Part shown: positions 18,558 to 25,871 of the stretch, in pieces | Layout of the letters: each line of letters starts with the position of its first letter | How positions within the stretch are numbered: the first letter of the stretch is position 1 | IMG/VR virus record: IMGVR_UViG_3300029474_000225 | Span: 99,109-126,254 of that record | Origin: a virus | Lineage: Duplodnaviria; Heunggongvirae; Uroviricota; Caudoviricetes | Direction: 5' to 3' (one strand) | DNA: 27,146 nt | Position numbers and translations under genes: made by a program | Notes under the pieces: model-generated | Seen by the model: only the letters and a program-made list of their open reading frames with translations | Told to the model about the DNA's origin: nothing | Database searches by the model: none

Positions 18558-18809
18558 TTGGAAAGAACGTATAAATTAAATTTACAAAGTATCAATGATG
18601 CAAAAGATTTTGTAGTTGCAATCAATAAATTAAATAGCGAAGTTGATGCGAGATACGGTGTACGTGTTGTCGATGCAAAATCTATGTTGGGCTTGCTAAA
18701 TATGTCTCATTGCAAGCCGTTAGAGATGACCATTTACTCTGATAATGAAAATGAGATAAGTGAATTTGCTGAAATTTGCAAGAAATATGAGGTAAAAAAG
18801 AATGATTAA
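18558..18809 (+). CDS. HPr-family (PTS phosphocarrier-like) protein lacking His15
   Basis: VDAKSMLGLLNM matches the HPr Ser46 signature; no GLHARP motif; TTG 18558 after GAGGTG. Confidence 0.75.
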   Translation: MERTYKLNLQSINDAKDFVVAINKLNSEVDARYGVRVVDAKSMLGLLNMSHCKPLEMTIYSDNENEISEFAEICKKYEVKKND

Positions 18810-19014
18810 TTATTCGCAGGTATTAGAGTTAGATAATATCAGAAAAGAAGATATTATCAGAATATATGACATAGGAAAACACAAAACGGTAAAGAAGAGA
18901 TTTATCATAAACGATGGTAGGATTGTAGATATTATTGATCAAAAAGGATATGTCGGAGAAGAAAGGGAGGAAGAAGAATATTTTAATAATTTGCGGAAAA
19001 TCGGCAAGTGGTAA
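18802..19014 (+). CDS. Small hypothetical protein
   Basis: ATG after GAGGT, overlaps the HPr-like stop; 3' end overlaps the kinase start. Confidence 0.5.
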   Translation: MINYSQVLELDNIRKEDIIRIYDIGKHKTVKKRFIINDGRIVDIIDQKGYVGEEREEEEYFNNLRKIGKW

Positions 19015-19546
19015 AACATTTGTCAGAGATAAATTAGTAAAGGAACATGGCTATAAAAGTCTAGTAGCATTCACATCTCGTCCATCACGCAAAGGTGAAA
19101 AACAGGATATCACATATCACTTTATTTCTCAAGAAGAGTTTGAACAGAAAATTGAAGATGGATTTTTTGCAGAATGGAAGAAATATGATACTGAGCAAGG
19201 TGTTTGGTATTATGGCACTGCATTAACGGATTGTTATGACGCAGACGATGATACCGTAGCGATTCTTACGCCTGAAGGTGTGAGAGATTTGCAAGCAATA
19301 GAGATCCATATGACTGTCATTTACTTATATAGTAATTTAAACACGATTAAACAGAGATTGTCTATTCGTGGCGATAATCCAAAAGAAGTTGAAAGGCGTA
19401 TGAAAGCTGATATTAAAGATTTTAATGGTGCTGAAATGTTGGCTGATAGAATTGTATATAACAATTTATCTGATGATATTGAGGATGTTATCAGTAATGT
19501 TGACTATTGGTATAAAAAAATTTTAAAGGAGAAAGCGGATGAGTAA
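18980..19546 (+). CDS. gmk: Guanylate-kinase-like (d)NMP kinase
   Basis: GKSASGKT, TSRPSRKGE...YHFIS, YYGT. Start uncertain: ATT 18980 after GGGAGG, or ATG 18950. Confidence 0.82.
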   Translation: MLIICGKSASGKTFVRDKLVKEHGYKSLVAFTSRPSRKGEKQDITYHFISQEEFEQKIEDGFFAEWKKYDTEQGVWYYGTALTDCYDADDDTVAILTPEGVRDLQAIEIHMTVIYLYSNLNTIKQRLSIRGDNPKEVERRMKADIKDFNGAEMLADRIVYNNLSDDIEDVISNVDYWYKKILKEKADE

Positions 19547-20005
19547 TAAATTAACTATTTACTTGGCTGGACGTATGGGTGGTCTTACAAAAACTGAATA
19601 TAACACATGGAGAGAAATGTTAAAGAAGAAACTCGAAATTGCAGCAGAGTGTTGTAATTCAATGGTTCAGGTCATCAATCCTGCCGATTATTTTGATTTG
19701 ATAACATGGAAGGTCATACAGAAAAGGAAGTTATGCAGTTTGATCTTAACATGGTACATCAAAGCGATATTGTGATTGCAAACATCAATGGTATCAATGA
19801 AAGTATCGGAACAGCAATCGAAGTTTACGAAGCAAATAGATTAAATATCCCTGTTATTGCATATTCAGACGTATTAGATGCCAAAAAAGGAGACATTTTT
19901 GACAAGATTCACCCTTGGATCAAGGAATGTTTGGCAACGAAACTAATGTTTCATGCGGATGATGTTGTGCAGTATGTGAAGGATTTTTATATGGTTAGAT
20001 ATTAG
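19539..20005 (+). pseudogene. Nucleoside 2-deoxyribosyltransferase-like (NDT/DNPH1/MilB superfamily) gene split by a 1-nt frameshift
   Basis: IYLAG...INP in ORF 19539 continues as DL..V..SDIVIA...SIGTAIE...IPVI in ORF 19706. Adding one T at ~19697-19699 restores a single ORF (YFDFDNMEG). Confidence 0.75.
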
Positions 20006-20013
20006 GAAAGGAA

Positions 20014-20199
20014 GTGATTGAGATATACACAGGATATATGAGTTGTCGAAGTCTTGCTGATGCGTTATATGATAAAGACAATTTCGTAACAGTTCAAGTT
20101 GGAGACAGAGAATATTATATTAAAACGGTTAAGCAGAAACGAACACATGCTAATTTAGATGATTCTGTAATGCATACTGTTCTAGTTTGTGAAGAATAG
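20014..20199 (+). CDS. Small hypothetical protein
   Basis: Fills the gap after AAGGAAG; start is GTG 20014 or ATA 20023. Confidence 0.5.
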   Translation: MIEIYTGYMSCRSLADALYDKDNFVTVQVGDREYYIKTVKQKRTHANLDDSVMHTVLVCEE

Positions 20200-20212
20200 A
20201 TTGGAGGTAATT

Positions 20213-20368
20213 ATGCTAGATATGACGTTATGTAGCAGTTTACATTGTCCAGTAAAAGGAGATTGTTTTCGTGCCACCGCAAAACCAAATCCAGTGAAAC
20301 AAAGTTATTATAATTTTGAATATACATGTCACGAGGATAATGGCTTTGCAGATTTTATTAAAAAATGA
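20213..20368 (+). CDS. Small Cys-rich protein, 51 aa (not in ORF track)
   Basis: GGAGGT RBS; MLDMTLCSSLHCPVKGDCFRAT...YTCHED...KK*; four Cys, possibly metal-binding. Confidence 0.7.
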   Translation: MLDMTLCSSLHCPVKGDCFRATAKPNPVKQSYYNFEYTCHEDNGFADFIKK

Positions 20369-20417
20369 AAAGAAAGAAATGTTGATTTCTTATAGAATCG
20401 AGAAAGGAGAATAATAT

Positions 20418-20591
20418 ATGTGTTTAACAGTAAAAGAAGTAAAAGAAATTTTGGACGGAATGCGTGATGATGCATTGGTTTTAGCAGATAAAGAGCTTGA
20501 GGGCGATGCCGCACATGAACTAACTGCTTATGAATATCCATCTGGCGATAAAAAGGATTGGAATTTTGTAATTTTAACGTGGGAGAAATAG
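20418..20591 (+). CDS. Small acidic hypothetical protein, 57 aa (not in ORF track)
   Basis: AAGGAG RBS; MCLTVKEVKEILDGMRDDALV...VILTWEK*. Confidence 0.65.
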   Translation: MCLTVKEVKEILDGMRDDALVLADKELEGDAAHELTAYEYPSGDKKDWNFVILTWEK

Positions 20592-20603
20592 GAAGAAGAT
20601 AAA

Positions 20604-20708
20604 ATGAAATTCAATATTATAGATTGTATAGAATTTGAGATTGATTGGAAAGCTGTAGCAGCGATTGCGGCATGTGTACTTGGTTATGCAATCATAACAG
20701 TAATTTAG
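20604..20708 (+). CDS. Small single-pass membrane peptide, 34 aa (not in ORF track)
   Basis: MKFNIIDCIEFEIDWKAVAAIAACVLGYAIITVI*; AGGAAG upstream; stop sits directly before the nrdD RBS. Confidence 0.55.
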   Translation: MKFNIIDCIEFEIDWKAVAAIAACVLGYAIITVI

Positions 20709-20725
20709 AAAGGAGATTTTACATA

Positions 20726-23700
20726 TTGACAAAAGTAATTAAAAGAGATTGTTCAGAGGTTGATTTTGACAAATCAAAAATCTCAACTGCAATTCTTAAA
20801 GCAATGAAAAATGGCTCAGGTATTGTAAAACCAAAGATTGCAGAAGATATTGCAGACGAGATTGAAAATGAATGTAAGGATAAAGACGAAGTAAGCATCT
20901 CTGATATTGAATCAATGGTTTATGATAAATTGATTACAAAAAAGCAGAGACTTACTGCAAAAGCGTATGAAGGATATAGAAGTATTCGTGAGTTTCAGAG
21001 AGAAAATGAGAATACAACAGATGAAGAAATTCACAATCTTGTAGAAGACAAAGATGAATATTGGAAGGATGAAAATGCAAATAAAAATCCTGTATTAAAC
21101 CCTACCAAAAGAGATTATATTGCTGGATCTGTTAGCACAGATATAACAAAAAGATATTTATTATCTCCTGAAATTATTCAGGCTCATAATGATGGACTAA
21201 TTCATTTTCATGATGCTGATTATTTCTTGCAGCACATGCATAACTGTGGGTTGGTCAATTCTGAAGATATGCTTCAAAATAACACAGTTATTAGCGAAAC
21301 TCTTATTGAAACACCGCATAGCTTTTCAACTGCTTGTAATATTGAAACACAGGCTATCGCACAGATTGCTAGTAACCAATATGGAGGACAAAGTATTTCT
21401 TTAGCACATCTTGCTCCATTTGTTAATGTGAGTAGAAAATCAATCAGAAAGAAAGTAACAGAAGAATTATATGATAATGGATTAATTAGTGAGTATGATG
21501 AAGACCTTGCAGAAGTTGTTCATATAACAAATAAACGATTAAAAGAAGAAATAGAAAAAGGTGTTCAGACAATCCAGTATCAGTTGGTCACACTTATGAC
21601 AACAAATGGACAAGCACCGTTTATCACAATTTTTATGTATCTGAACGAAGCAAAGAACGAATGTGAGAAAGCAGACTTAGCAATGTTAATTGAAGAAATG
21701 CTTCACCAGAGAATTCAAGGTGTGAAAAATGAAAAAGGCGTTTATATTGCACCTGCATTCCCAAAACTGATTTATGTATTAGAAGAAGATAATATCACAG
21801 AAGATTCAAAATATTGGTATCTTACAGAATTAGCAGCTAAATGTACATCTAAGAGACTTGTCCCTGATTACATATCTGAAAAAATGATGCTTGAATTAAA
21901 GGGTGATGTCTATACGTGTATGGGATGCGTTGACGGAAAAGAACTTATTACATATAAGATTAAGAATAATTTATATGTAGAATCGTTTGAAAGAATGTGG
22001 AGAAGGTTGTCTGATTCATTTGAAATTAAACACCAGTATTCCGAAACTAATCCTAATTTATATATGGATTTATCAGAAGTAACGATTTATGATACAGAAA
22101 AAGGATTTGTTGAAACAAAAAGAATTATTCGTAATGTATCAAGTGAATGGTTGGATGTGGACTTTTCTAATGGTAGAAGATTATTATGTACAACAGATCA
22201 TCCATTAACATTAAGAGATGGTAGAAATGTACACGCATCAGAATTGAAACTTGGAGACAAAATCTTAATCAACTCAAATCAATATAATGAAGAATCAATT
22301 CTTTTTAATACTGATAAAGCATGGCTATTGGGATTTATGTTATGTGATGGATGTTATCAAAATAACCATGTGTTTGCATCTATTGCTGCAACAGGAGAAG
22401 ATGAAATTGAAGAAAAATTTAGCAATACATTTACTAAATATTTCGGTCTAAATGTTAAAACAATTCTACAAGAACGTGGTAAAAAAGGAACATACAAAGA
22501 TTTATGTGCAATTTCAGATAATAACGGTGGAATTCAATATGTAACAAATTATTTTACATCAAAATTTGGCGGTATCAATAAAGTAAATAGACAAATTCCA
22601 AATGAAGTATTCTCATGGAATTATGAAGCGAAACTTGCCTTTTTTGCAGGAATGATTGATGCAGACGGATATATCAATTCACATCAAAATGAAAATAACT
22701 TTTCTACTGTTCAAATCGGCTCTACTAATAAAGAATTAGCACTTCAGCAAATGGCATTAGCACAATCTATTGGAATCCCCGCTAAAATTTATCATAATCA
22801 TTACACAAAGAAAAATCCAGAATTGATTAGATATAGGGTTGAATTTTACCCAACTGATGAATTAGTTAATTACATTGTATGCAAAAAGAAATGTGATAAC
22901 TATATTGAATCAAATGTATCAGGATATGCTATTGAATCAGAGGTCATCAAGATTAATCCGATTCATAAAGAAATGTATAGTTATGATGTGACAACATCTA
23001 GTGAGCATTTTGAAGTTAGTGGTATTTATAGCCACAATTGCCGAAGTTTTCTGACCGTTGATAGATTTACAGATAAAGTAGGAAATATTGCAAACGCAAA
23101 GAACTTTGATCCAAACAAACACAAATATTATGGACGATTCAATCAGGGTGTTGTAACGATTTCACTTCCAGATATCGCTTTCTCATCTGACGGAGATTTT
23201 GATAAGTTTTGGGAAATTTTTGAGGAAAGAACGGAATTATGCCATAAAGCATTAAGATCAAGGCATGAGCGATTACTTGGTACATCTTCTGATGTAGCAC
23301 CTATTCTATGGCAGCATGGAGCATATGCCAGATTAAAGAAACATGAGAAAATCGACAGGCTTCTTTATGATGGTTATTCTACAATATCACTTGGTTATGC
23401 TGGTTTATATGAATGTGTAAAATTTATGACTGGTCATTCCCATTCTGATGAGGGGATTGGCGAAGAATTTGGATTAAAGGTTATGCAGGCATTAAACGAT
23501 AAATGTAATCAGTGGAAAAAGGTTGAAAACATTGACTATAGTTTGTACGGAACACCATTAGAGTCCACGACTTACAAATTTGCAAAATGTCTTAAATCTC
23601 GATTTGGCGAAAATATCTTTAAAGAATTAGATGGTTTCGATAGAAATTACATCACTAATTCATATCATATTCCAGTTTTTGAACATATTACAGCATTTGA

Positions 23701-24091
23701 AAAACTAAGAATCGAATCAAAATTCCAGAAATTAAGTCCAGGAGGAGCAATTTCATATATCGAAGTACCAAGTATGAGCCATAATATTCCTGCTATATTA
23801 GAAGTTATTAAGTTTATTTATAACAATATCATGTATGCAGAGATTAACACAAAAAGTTGTTATTGTGAGAAATGTGGCTTTGATGGCGATATTCCTCTTG
23901 TATCAGATGAAAACAATAGACTTAAATGGGAATGTCCTAGCTGTGGGAATACTGACAATACAACAATGGATATAGCATTTAGAGTTTGTGGTTATATTGG
24001 TACTGCAAAAAATGGTGGTAATCAGGGTAGATATGGTGACATTCATGACCGTGTTTATCATTTGGACGACATGGAATATGCGGAGGATTAA
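20726..24091 (+). CDS. nrdD: Anaerobic (class III) ribonucleoside-triphosphate reductase, intein-containing
   Basis: ATP cone VIKRD, HFHDAD, HNC, QYGGQS, FPKL, MG/CRSFL split by the intein, GRFNQGV, YITNSYH, CEKC/CPSC Zn site, glycyl loop RVCGY; TTG 20726 after AAGGAG. Confidence 0.96.
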   Translation: MTKVIKRDCSEVDFDKSKISTAILKAMKNGSGIVKPKIAEDIADEIENECKDKDEVSISDIESMVYDKLITKKQRLTAKAYEGYRSIREFQRENENTTDEEIHNLVEDKDEYWKDENANKNPVLNPTKRDYIAGSVSTDITKRYLLSPEIIQAHNDGLIHFHDADYFLQHMHNCGLVNSEDMLQNNTVISETLIETPHSFSTACNIETQAIAQIASNQYGGQSISLAHLAPFVNVSRKSIRKKVTEELYDNGLISEYDEDLAEVVHITNKRLKEEIEKGVQTIQYQLVTLMTTNGQAPFITIFMYLNEAKNECEKADLAMLIEEMLHQRIQGVKNEKGVYIAPAFPKLIYVLEEDNITEDSKYWYLTELAAKCTSKRLVPDYISEKMMLELKGDVYTCMGCVDGKELITYKIKNNLYVESFERMWRRLSDSFEIKHQYSETNPNLYMDLSEVTIYDTEKGFVETKRIIRNVSSEWLDVDFSNGRRLLCTTDHPLTLRDGRNVHASELKLGDKILINSNQYNEESILFNTDKAWLLGFMLCDGCYQNNHVFASIAATGEDEIEEKFSNTFTKYFGLNVKTILQERGKKGTYKDLCAISDNNGGIQYVTNYFTSKFGGINKVNRQIPNEVFSWNYEAKLAFFAGMIDADGYINSHQNENNFSTVQIGSTNKELALQQMALAQSIGIPAKIYHNHYTKKNPELIRYRVEFYPTDELVNYIVCKKKCDNYIESNVSGYAIESEVIKINPIHKEMYSYDVTTSSEHFEVSGIYSHNCRSFLTVDRFTDKVGNIANAKNFDPNKHKYYGRFNQGVVTISLPDIAFSSDGDFDKFWEIFEERTELCHKALRSRHERLLGTSSDVAPILWQHGAYARLKKHEKIDRLLYDGYSTISLGYAGLYECVKFMTGHSHSDEGIGEEFGLKVMQALNDKCNQWKKVENIDYSLYGTPLESTTYKFAKCLKSRFGENIFKELDGFDRNYITNSYHIPVFEHITAFEKLRIESKFQKLSPGGAISYIEVPSMSHNIPAILEVIKFIYNNIMYAEINTKSCYCEKCGFDGDIPLVSDENNRLKWECPSCGNTDNTTMDIAFRVCGYIGTAKNGGNQGRYGDIHDRVYHLDDMEYAED
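21926..23038 (+). mobile_element. Intein (371 aa) with LAGLIDADG homing endonuclease inside nrdD
   Basis: Starts C(VDG), block B CTTDHP, LAGLIDADG motifs WLLGFMLCDG and FFAGMIDADG, block F SYDVT, ends SHN followed by extein Cys. Confidence 0.95.
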
Positions 24092-24093
24092 AT

Positions 24094-24657
24094 ATGAGGT
24101 ATGCAAGTATACGTAGCCTTGATATTTCTAATGGAGAGGGAGTTGGAGTCTCCCTCTTCGTCCAAGGCTGTCCATTTCACTGTAAAAACTGTTTTAATTC
24201 TGAAACATGGGATTTTAATGGTGGGAAAGAGTGGACAGAAAAAACAAAAAATAAATTTATGGAACTTATTAATAGACCGTATATTAAACGAGTATCATTT
24301 CTTGGTGGAGAATGTTTAGCGGATCAGAACCTTGATGAAGTCCTCAAATTAGTCAAACAAATCCGTATTTCTTTTCCTGAGAAATCTATTTGGTTATATA
24401 CAGGATTTCAATGGAATTACATAATGAATTATCAACCTGTAGAAACAGATGATTTTGATTATATTGAAGAATCTTATAATGATAGATTGATGGAAAAACG
24501 CAAGCAGATAATTTCTTTGTGCAATGTCGTGGTTGATGGAGAATATATAGATGAGCAGAAAGATCTCACACTTGCTTATCGTGGCAGTAAGAATCAGCAT
24601 GTTATTGATGTAAAACAGTCTCTCGCTCAGAACAAAATGGTTTTATATTGCGATTAA
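24094..24657 (+). CDS. nrdG: Anaerobic RNR activating protein (radical SAM)
   Basis: NGEG...SLFVQGCPFHCKNCFN (CX3CX2C), LGGE, WLYTG, VDG.Y, RGSKNQ; immediately follows nrdD. Confidence 0.95.
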   Translation: MRYASIRSLDISNGEGVGVSLFVQGCPFHCKNCFNSETWDFNGGKEWTEKTKNKFMELINRPYIKRVSFLGGECLADQNLDEVLKLVKQIRISFPEKSIWLYTGFQWNYIMNYQPVETDDFDYIEESYNDRLMEKRKQIISLCNVVVDGEYIDEQKDLTLAYRGSKNQHVIDVKQSLAQNKMVLYCD

Positions 24658-24673
24658 AGGAGGTAATACAAAT

Positions 24674-25009
24674 ATGGAAATGGAAGATTTATACAAATTA
24701 AAGAAAGGCGATAAAGTTCTTGTTGAATGTACTGTAGAAGCAGTATTTGTTCAAAGCGGAATGGCAATGGTTAAGACAAGGGATTGTGATAATGGGTTTG
24801 ATGCTTATGTAGATGGGGTTAAAGGTGTTTCAAATACACGTAACAATACAGAAGAAAACATCTTAAAGATTCTCAAAGAGTTTGAAAAATGCAAATATGA
24901 TATTAAAAGAAATGTAAGTCCACAATTATATTATTTGTTGCTAGAACTAAAAGATTTATATAAAACTAAATGTATTAATTTTGGAAATGAGGTACAAGCA
25001 AATGAATAG
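24674..25009 (+). CDS. Hypothetical protein
   Basis: AAGGAGGT RBS; 111 aa; no motif recognised. Confidence 0.6.
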   Translation: MEMEDLYKLKKGDKVLVECTVEAVFVQSGMAMVKTRDCDNGFDAYVDGVKGVSNTRNNTEENILKILKEFEKCKYDIKRNVSPQLYYLLLELKDLYKTKCINFGNEVQANE

Positions 25010-25166
25010 CATTATTGGATTTCTGTTATTTTTTCTTGGAATCATAGTTGGCGCAACTATTGTATTTCTAGTTGTATGTCCAATAGTAAACTATATGTTT
25101 AATTATGTTCAAGATATGAAAGAATTTTTAAAAGACAAGGAGAATAAAACAAATGGAGAAAATTAA
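25002..25166 (+). CDS. Small membrane protein
   Basis: ATG 25002 after GAGGT; hydrophobic [22 protein letters not shown] followed by a charged tail. Confidence 0.6.
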   Translation: MNSIIGFLLFFLGIIVGATIVFLVVCPIVNYMFNYVQDMKEFLKDKENKTNGEN

Positions 25167-25584
25167 AATTAAATACTTTGATGACGAAATTGATAAAATT
25201 GAAAAAATAAGCAAAGGTGATTGGATTGATCTCAGAAGTGCCGAAACCGTACACCTGAAGAAAGGTGAATTTCGTTTGATCCCACTTGGAGTTGGAATGA
25301 AATTACCAGATGGATATGAAGCAAATATTGCACCTCGTAGCAGTACATATAAGAACTTTAAAGTATTACAGACAAATAGTTTTGCGGTGATCGACAACAG
25401 CTATAGTGGAGATAATGATCAGTGGCTATACCCTGTCATCGCTATGGAAGATACTACAATTAATAAAAATGATCGTATTTGTCAGTTTCGTATCAACAAA
25501 ATTCAGCCTGAGATTGAGTTTGAAGAAGTGGAACACTTGGACGAAACAAACAGAAGTGGTTTTGGAAGTACAGGGAAAAATTAA
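25153..25584 (+). CDS. dut: Trimeric dUTPase
   Basis: [23 protein letters not shown] and RSGFGSTG (motifs 1-5). Confidence 0.93.
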   Translation: MEKIKIKYFDDEIDKIEKISKGDWIDLRSAETVHLKKGEFRLIPLGVGMKLPDGYEANIAPRSSTYKNFKVLQTNSFAVIDNSYSGDNDQWLYPVIAMEDTTINKNDRICQFRINKIQPEIEFEEVEHLDETNRSGFGSTGKN

Positions 25585-25589
25585 AAGGA

Positions 25590-25796
25590 GTGATTTATAT
25601 AAAACAAACAATAGAAATAAAAGATAAAATAAATCTTACGATTCCAGAAGCATCTACATACTCTAATATTGGAGAAACAACAATTAGAAAATTGCTTTCC
25701 GAAAAAGCATGTCCCTTCTTATTAAAAATTGGTAATAAACATCTTGTAAAAAGAGTTGAATTTGAAAAATATTTAGCTGGAAAGCATTTTATTTAA
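25590..25796 (+). CDS. xis: Excisionase (Xis-type winged HTH)
   Basis: LTIPEASTYSNIGETTIRKL...LKIGNKHLVKRVEFEKYL; directly upstream of a tyrosine integrase. Start is GTG 25590 or ATA 25599. Confidence 0.85.
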   Translation: MIYIKQTIEIKDKINLTIPEASTYSNIGETTIRKLLSEKACPFLLKIGNKHLVKRVEFEKYLAGKHFI

Positions 25797-25797
25797 T

Positions 25798-25851
25798 TTG
25801 GTAAAAGAACTTTTGTGTGATATAATACAGTCATGCAAAAGTTCTTTGCCA
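25798..25851 (+). promoter_or_regulatory. SigA-type integrase promoter embedded in a long inverted repeat
   Basis: TTGGTA (25798)-17 bp-TATAAT (25821) with extended TG. Arms TGGTAAAAGAACTTTTGTGTGA / TCATGCAAAAGTTCTTTGCCA. Confidence 0.75.
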
Positions 25852-25871
25852 TATACAAGGAGGAAATACGA

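Larger units (their letters stand above)
12955..20389. repeat. Dispersed intergenic motif [GT]AA[AT]-N6-TTTC (6 clear copies, 1 variant)
   Basis: 12955 GAAAgacggaTTTC; 13577 TAAAcgacagTTTC; 14120 GAATccattaTTTC; 14333 TAAActaaatTTTT (variant); 15110 TAAActaaacTTTC; 16328 TAAAtcctgaTTTC; 20376 GAAAtgttgaTTTC. Confidence 0.65.

Noticed and set aside
20645..20725. Cys-rich N-terminal extension of NrdD given in the ORF track
   Set aside because: It overlaps the 34-aa membrane ORF; the ATP cone begins at TTG 20726 behind AAGGAG.
21926..23038. Group I intron as the explanation of the nrdD insertion
   Set aside because: The insertion is in frame, stop-free and has intein terminal residues (C...HN/C).
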